From the human T2T-CHM13v2.0 reference genome, Homo sapiens, in the NCBI RefSeq assembly GCF_009914755.1, contig NC_060944.1: a stretch of 64,000 nucleotides of DNA. One strand, given 5' to 3'. The first letter of the stretch is position 1; each line of letters starts with the position of its first letter. Below the pieces are notes generated by a model. That model saw nothing but the letters and a program-made list of their open reading frames with translations. It was not told where the DNA came from and searched no databases. Position numbers and translations under genes: made by a program. Shown here one piece after another: positions 26,280 through 41,005 of the stretch.

Positions 26280-27000
26280 AATTTACAAATCTTTGCCATT
26301 TTGAAGTGTAAGTGCAATGGCATTAACTACATTCACATTATTGTACAGCATCACCACCATCCACTCCAGAACATTTTTTATCTTCCCAAGCTGAAAATCA
26401 GTACCCATTAAACAACGACTCCCCATTTTCACCTCCCTGGCTATGTCGTCCTTGCCAATGACCATTCCGCTTTCTACCTCTATGAATTTGACTACTCTCT
26501 ATACCTTACACAAGAGGAATCATACAGTATTTGTCTTTTTGCTTATTTCACTTAGCATAATGTCTAAAAAGTTCATCCATGCTGTAGTGTATCAGAACTT
26601 TATTCTTTTTTAAGTCTGAATAATATTCCATTTGTATATATACCACATTCTGTTTATTCATTTATTGGTTGGTGGATATTTATATTGTTTCTATTGTTTG
26701 ACTGTTGTGAATAATGTTGCTATGAACATGGGCATACAAACATCTGTTCAAGTCCCTATTTTCAATTCTTTTGGAAGGCAACTACGTTCACCACTATACC
26801 ACCAACGCTAGGGCTTTTTTGGGTATATACCTAGAAGTGGGACTGCTGGATCATATGGTATTTCTATGTTTAATTTTTGGAGGAACTACATACTGTTTTC
26901 CATAGTGCCTACACCATTTTACATCCCTTTCAACAACGCACAAGGGTTCCAATTTCTTCACATCCCATCCAACATTTTTTAAAGGTTATTCTAATGAGTG
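26280..27000 (-). mobile_element. L1MB 3' end (hosts the tRNA-Gly half)
   Basis: GCATTAACTACATTCACATTATTGTACAGC, GGGTATATACCTAGAAGTGGGACTGCTGGATCATATGG. Confidence 0.85.
26771..26808 (-). pseudogene. tRNA-Gly(TCC) 5'-half retrocopy (38 nt, ends just after anticodon)
   Basis: Reverse complement GCGTTGGTGGTATAGTGGTGAACGTAGTTGCCTTCCAA vs recalled tRNA-Gly-TCC GCGTTGGTGGTATAGTGGTGAGCATAGCTGCCTTCCAA (3 mismatches); no T-arm or 3' acceptor strand; interrupts L1 sequence. Confidence 0.88.
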
Positions 27001-27319
27001 TCCCATTAGTGTTTTTAAATATGATCACTCTCCATTTATGAAGTTGCTTCAAAATAAAGGAAGAGAAGAAGTATGGAAAGAAAATCAATGAGGAGTGGTC
27101 ACTGAATACAGAACCAAGAATTTTGTGAGATGTCAGCCACCAACATCAGAATCTCTTTTGGATCTGAGAGGATACATACTCCAGTCTTTGGTACTTCTAA
27201 AATTTTTCCTATATATTGTCAAGCTGCAACGAGCTGAGACCATTGTCATACTTTTATTCTATTAGCTCCACAGAACAAAAATATATTTATTAATAATAAT
27301 ATCATAAAAACAGACTGAT

Positions 27320-28170
27320 TCTCATCTAGCAGAAAATATTTGAAATATCTAAAACTGACAAGGGTTAATATTTTAAATATACCAATAACTCCTGCAAATC
27401 AACAAGGAACATAAGAACTCCAATGGAAAAATAGGTGAAGAATATGGATAAGCATTTCACAGATAGCAAAGACAGAAATTTATGAAAAAAGTCCTCAACT
27501 TCATTAGAAATTAGATAAATAAAAATTAAAACAAAACACACATTGCACCCCTAATAACAGCAAAGTTTAAAACATTAAAAAATAAAAACAAGTTGAAAAA
27601 GATGTGGATAGACAAAGAACTTCCATGCACTACTGTTGGAATGTAAACTTAGACATTCTGAAAAACGAACTGATGTTGTTTTATGAAATTAAATATGTTT
27701 AAGCCAAAAGAGGCAGAAATTCCTCTCTTGAATATCCTAGAGAAATTCTTGGATAGGTCTGCAAGAAAATATGAATGAGAATCTTCATCACAGCATTGTT
27801 TGTGCCCCCAAGGTGTGAAGAAGGACAACTTACTGTCTATCACAATGCAGCAAGATAAAGAAAATTGGTGCATGCACAATAGAATACGATGAAGCATTAA
27901 AAGCAACCATTTAAATGTATATTCAGCAGCATGAGAGATATGATAAAGCAAAATGATTTAAAAAATCAGGAAACAGACTAATATATATAGCATATCACCT
28001 TTAATATCATTTATGTGCATTAACAGTTCACAAAGATATAGAACAGCACCAAGTGTTTTTAAAGGTACATGCATATTAGGGATGTACATCAGCACATTAG
28101 AATGGGTGTCTAGGACAGGGAGAGGAGAATAGATATGAGAATTAGGAATACAAAGGGAAAAACAAAAATA
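27320..28170 (+). mobile_element. Old L1ME-like fragment
   Basis: Degenerate ORF2 end/3'UTR (TGTTGGAATGTAAAC). Confidence 0.6.
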
Positions 28171-28807
28171 AAGCAAATGAGGGGCCTTGCAGTGGACTGC
28201 TGATATCAGCATGATGGTGATAATGATAATAGAACTGATGAACATGGTTAACTCATGTTTCCTTACCCGAGGTCCAAACAAAAAATAAAACAAAGCAAAA
28301 CAAAGCAAAGAAAGTTCCAGGGATCAACAATCAATATCTTAGCTGATCATTTATCTATCTGTCTTATATCATAATATATACATTTATATCTATATCCCTC
28401 AACCCAGAACATTCCAGCATAGATAGCAAGCAATTCTACATAATAACAATAAATGCTTTCATTACACTTAATAGTGAGAGACTGAATGTTCTCCTCTTAA
28501 GATCAGAAATAAGACAAATCTGTTCTCACCACTTTTATTCAATATTGTACTGGAGGTTCTAGACAGAGCGATATGGCAAGACAAAGAAATACAGTGCAGC
28601 CAGATGGAAAAGAAGAATTAAGCTATCACTATTTGAAGAAGGCATAATCTTATATATAGAAAATCCTAAAGAATCCACTAAAAAAAATAGTACTAATAAA
28701 AGAATTCAGCAAGATTGCAGGATACAAGATTAATGAAAAAAAAATCAATTGTATTTCTATGCACCAGCAAGGAACAATCCAAAAATGAATTTAAGAAAAC
28801 AACTCTA

Positions 28808-29165
28808 GGCAGGGTGCAGTGGCTCACACCTGCAATCCCAGCACTTTGGAAGGCCAAGGGGGGCTGACCACTTTGAGCTCAGGAGTTTGAGACCAGGCTG
28901 GGCAACATGGTGAAACCCTATCTCTACTAAAAATAAAAGAATTGGCCAGGCATTGATGGTTCACAACTGTAGTCTCAGCTACTTGGGAGGCTGAGGCTGG
29001 AGAAGTGCTTGAGCCCGAGAAGCAGAAGTTGCAGTGAGCTTAGATCTTGCTACTGAACTCCAGCCTGGGCAACAGAGTGAAACCCTGTCTCTTAAAAGAA
29101 AAAACAAAAGAAAAAGAAAAGGAAAAGAAAAAAGAGAAGAGGAGAGGAGAGGAGAGGAAGAAAGA
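28808..29165 (+). mobile_element. AluJ with purine-repeat tail, inside L1
   Basis: Dimer followed by (GAAAA)n(GAGAG)n. Confidence 0.88.
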
Positions 29166-30634
29166 GGAAACAATCCCATTTACACCAGCATCAAAAATAA
29201 TGAAATACTTAGGAATAACGTAACATAGTATAAAAGTTATACTCAGATACAAAATATTGTTGAGAGAAATTGAAGAAGGCACAAATAAATGGAAAGACAT
29301 CTCACTCATGGATAGAAACAAAAATAATTAATGGAAATATAGATGATACAGTAGAAAGATAAGATGGCAATATTCCCCAAACTGATCTACAGATTCAACA
29401 CAATCCTGATCAAAATTCTAGCTGGTTTATTTGTAGAAATGGCCACACTGATCCTAGGATTCATATGAAAATTCAAAGGACCCAGAATAGCCAAAAAATC
29501 TTGAAAAAGAACAAAAAATAGGGGATTCACACTTCACAATTTCAAAACTTACTACAAAGCTACAATAATTCAGTGTGGTACCAGCATAAGGATAGCCATA
29601 TCAATCCATGGCATAGAATTGAGAGTCCAGAAAATAAACCCGTATATTTATGGTTAATTGGTTTTTAACAAGGGTGCCAAGACAGCTTAATGGGAAAAAG
29701 AAGAGTCTTTTCAACAAATGGTTTCAGGAAAGCGGATTGTCCACGTGCAAAAGAATGAAGCTGGACTCCCTCCTTATACCACATGCAAACATCAACTCAG
29801 AATGAATCATGTATGTACATGTTAGAGCTCAAAATTAGAAATTTGTTAGAAGAAAACAAACAAGTAAATCATTGTTGCCTTAGGTTAGGTAATAGTATTT
29901 TGTTGTTGTTGTTTGTTTTTTGGTTTTTAAGTTATGACACCAAAAGCGCAAGTGACAAAAGAAAACAAAAATTGTATTTTAACAAAATTTAAAACTTCTC
30001 TGCTTTAAAAGATACCATCATGAAAGTGAAAAGACAACCCACAAAATGGGAGAAAATATTTTCAAATATTTGCAAATTGTATGCTTGTTAAGGGAATCAG
30101 ACAACAAGTTCAGAAATAAAAAGACATAACCCAATTTAAATATAGGAAAAGGGTCGAAATAGTCATTTCTCTAAGAAGATATACAAACATCCGACATGTA
30201 CATGAAAATATACTCAACCTTACTGGTCATTAGGGAAATGCAAATTAAAACCACAATGAGATACCAGTATACACCTACTAGGATGGCTACAATCAAAAAA
30301 ATTCACAATAACAAGTATTAACAAGTATGTGGAAAAATTGAAACCCACATTAATTGCTGGTGAGAATGTAAAACTGTCCAGCTATTTTGGAAAACAGTTT
30401 GGCACCTCCCTGAAATGTTAAACAGAGAATTAACGTATGACCTGGCAATTCTACTGCTAGGTTTAAATTCAAGAGATATGAAAGTATATGTCTACTCAAA
30501 CTCACATCCATAGCAGTATTATTGAATAATAGCCAAAAAGTAGAAAGAACCCAAATGTCTGTAACTGATGAAAGGATAAACAAAATATAATATAACCTTG
30601 CAAAGGAATAATACTCAGCAATAAAAAGAAATGA

Positions 30635-30818
30635 AGCCAGGTGCGGTGGCTCAGGTCTGTAATCCCAGTGCTTTGGGAGGTTGAGATGGGAGGATTGCTG
30701 GAGTCCAGGAGTTCAAGGCTGCAGTGAGCTGTGATTGCACCACTACACTCCAGCCTTGATGACAGAGTGAGACTCTGTCTCTTTAAAAAAAGTAAATAAA
30801 AAAAAATAAAAAAAAAAT
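30635..30818 (+). mobile_element. Alu monomer (FAM/FRAM-type) inside L1
   Basis: Single 7SL-derived unit with A-tail; AAATGAAG on both sides. Confidence 0.75.
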
Positions 30819-31620
30819 GAAGGACTAATATGATGATTGAACCTTGAAAACATTTTGCTAAGGGAAAGTAGCCAGTCACAAAGGATCACATATTATATGA
30901 TTTTATTTGTATGTGCTGAATAGTCAAACCTATACAGATAGAATGTAGATCAGATGTTGCCAGGGGCTTGAGAGAAGAGGAAACATGAGTGACTGCTAAT
31001 GGCAAGAGAGATTTTTAGGGGATGATAAAAAGGTTCTAAAATTACACAGTAAGTGAAGGTGGTACAATTCTGTGAATTTATAAAAACTATTGAATTGTGT
31101 GTGATGAATTGCTAAATCGTACAGTATATTGATTATATTTCAATAAACCTGCTCAAAAAATACAAATTCTGTTTGTTTGATGTTGTTTTTAACATCACTG
31201 TATGCCTTCTTATGCTGAAAGTCAGCATTGGAGAGGAAGAAAGCAAACTAATTCAATGCTTTTAAAGAAGCATGTTAAATACCTCACTTTAAATGATCAA
31301 TCACTTGGGGGCGAAGTAACACACAAAATAAATATGGAAATAAGCGTTTTTCTCCTTCTGTTGCACACAGCATGAACACATTGACTACTATGGAAAAGAA
31401 AAAGAGAAGTCCAGCCATGTTTGGCTAAAATGTACAGTGATATTTAACAGCACCAAGAAAAATTTCAGAGCATTGGATTTGGGCACATACTGAAAAGCCC
31501 TTCGAATTACCTTTTGAGATTTGATACTTGTACTAGTCACCTCAAAGAAAGTGAGGACATAATAAGCCAGAAGGGAAATAAGAAAAGGGGCTGTTTCATA
31601 TGTGACTTTGGGAAGGATTA

Positions 31621-32270
<650 letters not shown>

Positions 32271-33160
32271 TCATCTTCAACAAGATAATAAAGGAAACCT
32301 TTGTTCTAATCTTGGCTCAAAGAAAGCGATCTGTTGTGTCTCTTGTTGCATATGAAATTTCTCAAGTCCAAATAATTACCAGTGTCTTTCATTTACATGA
32401 GGCATTTCCACGGTTAATGTCCAACAAAAATCTATGTGGAGTGCCATATTTATCAGACTTGATAAATATTGAAAGTACTTATACATTTCATAATTAACAA
32501 ACTGACCTTTACAGAAAAATTAACTTTCTAGTGGTGAATGTTTGTACCACATATTCCAAATTAAATAAATAAGCACTTCGGAAGATGGAACTGTGTATTT
32601 TATTTTTTAATATATTTATGTTCTCCTAACCCCATAGAACCTAGAATAAGGTCAATCTATATTTACTTAAAAAGTTGGAAAGAAATGGTACAGGAAGGAT
32701 CAGGACAATAGACTTCCAAAAACATAGAAATGAAATGATATTAATAGAAGACACACCCAAGGGACATATCACCATGCTTATTGAGATACTGTGGTCCCTG
32801 GCAGCCTGAGGCTCTTTGCTTAGAAGACAAGCATTTGTTTATAAAGTTCAACATGGTAGGTGAGTGACATTATTTGTGGAACAAAAAACTTCCAAATGGT
32901 ATAATTTAGTATTGCTTTATAACATCACTTGTCAAATTTGTTTTCTTCAGCCTGAAGAATTTCTAATTTAAATTTGTTGGCATCTTGTTACATCTGCCTG
33001 AGAAGTCTTTGGGCTAATCACAAATTTAGACAGAGCTGAATTCTTCAATCTGTCTTCTTTTGTGGTTTTGTGATCCTAGAAGGCTCTCGGGGGTAAAGAT
33101 CCAGAAGTATCCCAGAATATCCCAATAGATACAAATAAAATAAACTAAATGAAAAATGTC

Positions 33161-33290
33161 AAATTAGCTGGACGTGCCGGCAGGCACCTGTAATCCCAGT
33201 TACTCGGGAGGCTGAGGCAGGAGAATTGCTTGAACCTAGGAGGCAGACGTTGCCTGGGTGAAACAGTGAGACTCTGTCTCAAAAAAAAAA
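33161..33290 (+). mobile_element. Alu right-arm fragment
   Basis: AAATTAGCTGG...CTCTGTCTCAAAA with internal deletion. Confidence 0.8.
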
Positions 33291-34070
33291 GTATATTTTT
33301 TATCATTTAAAAACTGTCAATCAGAAAAACTTCCCATTTCCTTTTAAAATGTGAGATTGGCCTCACTGTGTATATTGTCTAATTTGTTTGATCATCATGC
33401 AGACAACCAAGTCAAATACTTTAAGGCAAAGCAAAACAGAAAATGTTAAAAGTCCTTTCTGGGAAGCAACCAAGCTTGAATGGACCCTGGATATATGGCC
33501 TAGCCACTACCCTATATGTATAGTTTCCTAGGGTTTTCAGTTACTCAGAAAGGCCCACATGCTTCCGCACTGCAATGCGCAAAGCTCTCTCATGCCTCTG
33601 CCATCTGCTCCTGACCCTGCACCCTGACCCACAAGCAGATATGAGGAGAAAGCATATTAGAAATCAAATCATGTCTGTTCTGCTCCCAAAACAGTGCCAA
33701 GATAACACCAGGAGAGAACGACATGTGAGAGAAATTTGAGCCTAAGATTTATTTGGGCCAGATTACCTGGCTGGTGAAGATGGGCAGTTCATCATTTCAA
33801 ATTTTATTCAAAACAAATCAAGAATTGCCATTCAATATTGATTTCATTTATTCTGCACTGAATCCACACTTACTGAGAGAACTATTCCAGGTGTAGTCCT
33901 TGTTTTCATCTTCCAGTTTGTTTGTGGAGATGGGGATGGATGTAGGAATGAACGATGTCAACATCTGGCACAGGTGCTAAAGTAATAGGATACTACATTG
34001 GGGGTTCAAAGAATGAAGATGCTTTCAACTCAATCTTCAACTTCACGCCTGTCTACTAAAGGAGTCCCCA

Positions 34071-34427
<357 letters not shown>

Positions 34428-35034
34428 TTAAGGAGTGGCAGATGGGATGGATGGTCGGCCTATCTTGCTGAAAACATCTCAAGTACACTGCAGAAGAAAA
34501 ACACACACTGGGCTTCTGATTTGTCAAACATGTTCCAGGGTTTGTTTGATGTGGCAAGAATATACATTGTCAGGGTAGGGGGATCCCCTGCGTGACACAC
34601 AGCCTCCAGGATTCAATTTCCATTCCAGTAAGCACCACTTACAAAGGTGAAAGAAGTTTTAGGTTTATTCCCTAAGTAATATTGCTAATGACCACTGACA
34701 GTGAACGTCAAATGTCTCAGACTCAGTAATTGCAGAAAAATGGTAAACCAAACTCTGAGGCTCTGCTCTCAAGTCTTAAGGAAGGGCAAGGAAACTCTGG
34801 AGGGCTCCAAAAATGCAGAGATGGAGAGCAGGTACCTGTGTGTCTGGTACCCAGGTGTATGTGCACCTGGAGGGGGGTGCAGGGGCCCCCTATTGATTGC
34901 CCTCCATATTCACTTTAATGAAGAGGGAGTTTCCATATCATGGCAGGGCTTTCCCAGGATAAGCCCCTCAGCCTCACAGTGAAGAGAGATGGTCTACTGT
35001 ATCAAGTATGATTCATTCTATTCTTTAGGGTTTA

Positions 35035-35291
35035 TTTGTTTTGTATTTTTGAGACAGGGTCTCACTCTGTCACCCAGGCTGGAGAGCAGTGGTGCGATCT
35101 TGGCTGACTGCAGCCTCCACTTCCAGGGTTCAAGGCATGCGCCACCATGCCCGGCTAATTTTTGTATTTTTTGTAGAGACGGGGTTTCACCATGTTGACC
35201 AGGCTGGTCTCGAACTCCTGACCTTGAGTGATCCGCCCACATTGGCCTCCCAAAGTTATGGGATTGCAGGCATGAGGCACTGCACCCGGCC
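35035..35291 (-). mobile_element. Alu with right-arm deletion
   Basis: Antisense dimer. Confidence 0.85.
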
Positions 35292-37389
35292 TAGGTGGTT
35301 GGTTTTGTTTGTTTTTAGAAAAACACAGTATTTTAAAAAATCTGTTGGAATTGTACTATAGTTATGCAAGATTTTAACATTGGCAGAGGAGGAGTGAAGG
35401 ATACATAGAGCTTCCCTGCACATTTCTTTGCAACTTCCTCTGAATCTATAATTAGTTCAAAGCAAAAACTTGAAAAATATCTGTTGGTACATTAGGTATA
35501 AAGTAAATAAATAAATAAATAATAAAACAATCTCCCTTTATTTAAAAGAGCCAGATGCGTATTTGTCTGGGGTGTGTGTTACCTTAGATAATGTTTTGAT
35601 ACAACTCTATTATATAACATCTTCTGCTCATTTATACAATTATGTATTTGCTTACTGAATTTCTTCATTCACTGAATTTTTAAAAAATGTTTCTTTCAGA
35701 GACAGGTCTTGCTCTGTTACTCAGGCTGAATTCGGACTCCTGTGCTCATTCTATCCTCCTGCTTCATCCTCTCAAATAGCTTGGACTACAGGTGAGCACT
35801 ACTGTGCCCAGCTCATTTACTGAATATTAATTGAGCACCTATTACATGTCAGAGCATTACTGTAGGTGCTGGGCACGGATTTTGTCCTCATGATTCTTAT
35901 AGTTTAATAGGGAAGACAGCTATTTTTTTAAATCTCGAAATGCATAATTGTCATTGTGACGAATACTTTGAAAGAGAGTTGTGTGGTGGAACAATCAGAG
36001 TTTCCTCTGGCATTTTTATAAGAACTAAATGAGATAGATACCCTATGTGAAATGCTTTTAAACCATTAAGTTCTTTACAAATATTGGTGGTCATTAATAT
36101 TTGGCGCAAACATGGAAGTTTGTTTTCTTTTAAATTCAGTCTTTCCAAAAGGGTCCCAATTACTAGCAGTTTTTACTAGTCTCATCCCTCTCTCTGGCTG
36201 GACATCATTCTCCTACCTTCTGCCCTGGGAAAACCAGATGCCACCTGCCCACACACCCAGGCACATGCAGTCTCCACATCCACACACCCTGAAACATGCA
36301 TTACACAGAAGTATAACTTGGCGCAGGCTCCTGAAAAGTTGGCCCCAGATTCTCTGAGCAGCTGGCTTCCCTCACAGATTATTTCAGGACAGTCAGGAAG
36401 CCTGATTCTTTGGAGGGCCTGCTAGCATGGCATTGGGGATGATCCAAATGCTTTTGAGGAATTGCCAAGTTCAATTTTCAAAGAGCAGTGCATCTACTGA
36501 CACCAGCGTCTATTCCTAAAGGAGAAACTTGACCTACTTTTCTGTCCCAGAAATCCCTTGGGGTCTTCAGCTTGGCCAGAGCCTCTCACATTTTAAGCAC
36601 AGTAATGGTTCTCAACACCTATGCTCAGAGGCATGAGGTAGACATCTGGATTGTCATGCAGGGACCCAGATTTTGAGGAATGGGGGGTGGGAACGTCAGT
36701 GGAGAAAGACACATCTGACAGAGAACCCTTGGAGCCAAGTCATTAGACAAGAGCCATAAGAGTGAAGAACCTTGGGGTTCAGTAGGATGTTTTGGAGATG
36801 CAAACAACTCACCTTGTGTGCAACTTCATGTTGGGGGTGGGAGAAGCTGAAGATGAACTTAAAATAAGGCCAAAAATGGCGATGAGAGAACAGGAGTGAA
36901 ATAGAAGATGGAGTGCAGGTGGAGGATGATAAATTTGGTACTACTGAGCTTGAAGTGCTGGACACCATCAGTGTCCAGAATACAGTTGGCAAATCATGCC
37001 TGGAACCTTGAGACAGGGTTGAGATGAGATGCCATGTGAACAAAAGAGGCCATTGAAGTGATAGGAGCAGTCAAGCTAGTTGGTGCAGTAAGTTTCCAGC
37101 TCTACTGTTTCTCCCAAGCCCAGCTCTTGTGTTGCAGATTGATCCATTGCCACATCCTTGCTCCCTGCATCTCCATCCAGTTCCTGTACATTGCTGGCTT
37201 CCATAACATCTATTTCCATACTCTGTTTGATGCAGAGACAGAGATACAACCTGCCATGGCTGACTTTTAATAAGGTATTGAACTCCCCTAGCCTCAGTTT
37301 CTCATCTGGAAATGGGGATAATAGCAGCTCCTGCCTCACAATGCTGTTGGCTGCCTCCAAGTCTTTAACACGGTATTAGTTAGTGCTCA

Positions 37390-37752
<363 letters not shown>

Positions 37753-38894
37753 GAAAAAGTGATTGGCTACTTTTATTCCAATGTTACATAAAAGTAGCAG
37801 TTTGGTCTAGATTGTTAACTGTTGACCAGTAAAATTCATGATGCCACAAATACAAAAGCACAAGTACGGCATTTGCATATATCCATATATGTATGTAGTC
37901 ACACAAGTGTGTGAACAGACACATGCATATACACATATGTATTATATATACATATATATGCCTCAGTTCTTCAGAAAAACATCACTCTCACTGTTTTTCT
38001 TTAGGGCACTTGCTATAATGACAATTTTGCCTCTTTGTGTGTGATTATTTGTGATGATTTGTCTTTCACTAGATTGTCAGCACTACCATGGCATGGGAAA
38101 TGTGTGTAGTTATGCAGCACCATAGCTGCTGCATAGCACACAGTAGGAGTGCAATGACAGCTTGATGGATGGAGAGAGAGGGTGGTAATGAGTAGAGAAT
38201 GGCATCGGAACATTAGCTGCAAATAAAGCCTTATCTAGACAAATATTATTTCATCATCAAATAATTTGAGGGAAAAGTGGGTTTGTTTATTTACCTGATT
38301 CCCTGACTATTAAAATGAGTGATGAATAAATCAGAATGGACTTCTAAATTATAACTATGTGCTGTAAAATCTATAAACAAAAACAAAAAACACAATAATT
38401 TCCCTCAGCCCTGTTTCTTTCTAATTTAATGTGAGCTAATTCTTTGAGAGGGGGTGTTAAAATCAACCAACTCAGCCTGTAAGTATTTACTGAGTGTCAA
38501 TTATGCGTATGACATTACACTAGCACTGAGTGAAACTGGCAAGACATGTGACCCCAAAGGAGCTATAATGTTCTAAGAGGTACAGACATATTTTGAAAAT
38601 TAGCATTTGCAATAACTGACATTTATTGAATTCCATATTTCAAACACTGTTTTAAGTACTTTTCAAAGCTGAGCTCTATTAAACCTCACAACTCTCTGAA
38701 GTAGGCATAAATTATTACCGTTTTATATTGAAGAAATTAAGGCACAGAGACACTAAGTTTCTAGCCCAAGATCACACAGCTAGTCAGAGGGCCAGCTCTC
38801 AGGAGCCTATGCTGTTTACCACCACTCTTCATTCTCTCTCAGAAGAGCAGCTGAAGGTGGGAGCTGGAGGCTTGTTCAAAAATTAAGTATACAA

Positions 38895-39160
38895 GCTGGG
38901 CATGGTAGCTTATGCCTGTAATCCCAGCACATTGGGAGGCCAGGGCAGGAGGATCGCTTGAGGCCAGGAGTTTGAGAATAGATTGGGGAAAATAGAGAGA
39001 CTTCCTTTATACAAAAAAAAAAAAATTAGCAGACTGTAGTGGCAATGCCTGTAGTCACAGCTCCTAGGGATGCTGAGACTGGAGGATCACTTGAGGCCAG
39101 AAGTTCTAGACCAGCCTGGGCAACACAATGAGACTCTCTCTACAAAACAAAACAAAAAAA
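38895..39160 (+). mobile_element. Two tandem left-type Alu monomers (FLAM-like)
   Basis: Both units read GGAGGATC(G/A)CTTGAGGCCAG..AGTT; the second lacks the right-arm insert. Confidence 0.7.
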
Positions 39161-39939
39161 GCATAAAGAATTCAGCTCACCTTTTTTGTAGTTTTTTTTT
39201 TTTTAGTAGAAATTAAAATGATCTACTTTTTTTTTTTTTTAAAGAAATTGGCCAGCCTTCTTGGAGGCTCTGAAAGTTAGTCATTTCAGGGAATTTGAAC
39301 ATACAACGGAACATTGGCCCAAGAATATTTTAAAAATTGTTTCTCATTATATCAATAATAATCAGCTGCAAACTGATCCCTTACAACGTATATGGGTTTC
39401 ATTTTCTGGCACTGAGGGTGACCATATCCCAATGAGTCATTCTAAAACTAAAGAATAACATAATTGACATAGCCAAAGAATTAAATGTCTCATTATTGAC
39501 TGAGGTATAGACGTCTCCAAAATCAGCTTGGAAGTCTACAAAGAGTTCTTGACCATTTACACAGTTATTTGGAGTTTCCGTGTAACTGTTTATTAGCTAG
39601 GATACAAAATAAAAGGCATTTATTTGCAACTTATTGTGAAATATCGGTGTGCCATCTTACCTTTCTCAGCATACCTGAAGTTCTACTATTTCTTCCTCTG
39701 GAATCATCAAATATAATTTGAAGTAACCTCACCAAGCCACTCTAATATATGTTATTTTTTCAGGAGAAAGTGATCAAGTGGTTTCCTTGATATTTTAACC
39801 ATACTGTTCCCTCTGCATGAAAGGTCTTTCCTTACTTTATCTGGCAACCTCCTTCTCATTTTAGCAAATGCTTGTGCAATTATTACTTTACCAAAAAAAA
39901 TTACATTTCCTCCTTTCTGATCTAACTCTTTCTGATCGC

Positions 39940-41005
39940 TTGTGTCAGTTAGGGATTGATTTTGGTGACAGACACCACCAAATATAATAGACATGTATTT
40001 TACTGTCTTATAACTTGACATTCAAAAGGCAGGGTAGGCATGTTGGCTCCACAATGTCTCCCAGGACCTGGTATTCTTTAATTTTTCTGCTCCCTCATCC
40101 TTAATGTGTAGCTTTCCTTCTCAGGATTGCCTCATGGTCTCAAGATGGCTACTGGAGCTCCAACTCTATCATCTGCATTCCAGGCAGGGAGAATAAAGAA
40201 GAGGAGAAGGGGAAAGAGACACTTTCTAGAAGAGTATACTATCCTATGAAGATTCTTTAAAGTTTATAAAATAACTTTCCCAAAGGCTCATCCAATGACT
40301 TCTCCTTTCTTCTCATTGGACACACATCTTTTATGGAGGCCAGGAAAAGTAGATTTTAAAAAATCTGAGTTAACTGATAACATAGGGATTCTGTTACTAG
40401 GAAGGTAAAAATGGAACGTAGTTAGACAACTAGCAAGCTCTGCTTTCTCCCAAACTGTGGTGGTTTCAAATATGTCTACAAATTCTTGGACACATCCCCA
40501 TTAAGAGGTGGCATCTGTGTGCCACCCTTGAAATCTGGCCTGGCCTTAGTGACTATTACAACAAATGGAATACAGAGGGATGACACTGCCAGACTTCCGA
40601 GGTTAGGTCACAAAAGGCCATGCAACGTGCACGTGCTTCTACTGGAACACTAACTGTCTTGATGTCCTTTCTGGGATGTTCTCTTTTGAGACTCAGCTTC
40701 TATGTTATGAGAAGCTCAGGCCACATTGAAAGGCTATGTGTAGGTTGTCAGTCCCAGGTGAACTCAGTTTTTGAGTCATCCCAGCCCAGGTGCTTGACAT
40801 GTCAGTGAAGGAGCCTCCAGATGACTCCAGTCCCCAGCCATGACATCAGCCTCAGCCTTAGTGACTTTTGTGATGTTGAGAACCAGAGATAAGCCATTCT
40901 CACTGCACACTGCCTGAATCCCCAACCCACAGAATCTGTGAGTTTAACACAATGGCTGTTTTAAGCAACAAAGATTTGTTATGAAGTGATTGTAACTGGA
41001 ACACA
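39940..41005. mobile_element. Adjacent MLT1-family LTRs
   Basis: CAAGATGGCT..CTGCATTCCAGGCAG (39940-40440) and TGTGGTGGTTTCAAATATG...TAACTGGAACA (40455-41005). Confidence 0.6.

Larger units (their letters stand above)
28445..31160 (+). mobile_element. L1MB, ORF2 3' half and 3'UTR, disrupted
   Basis: TTATTCAATATTGTACTGGAGGTTCTAG, GGAAATGCAAATTAAAACCACAATGAGATACC, terminal TCAATAAA; no long ORF. Confidence 0.88.

Noticed and set aside
26771-26808. Functional tRNA-Gly gene
   Set aside because: Only the 5' half; no B-box/T-arm, cannot form a cloverleaf.
28445-31160. Active L1 or intact reverse transcriptase
   Set aside because: 5'-truncated, many stops/frameshifts, interrupted by Alus.
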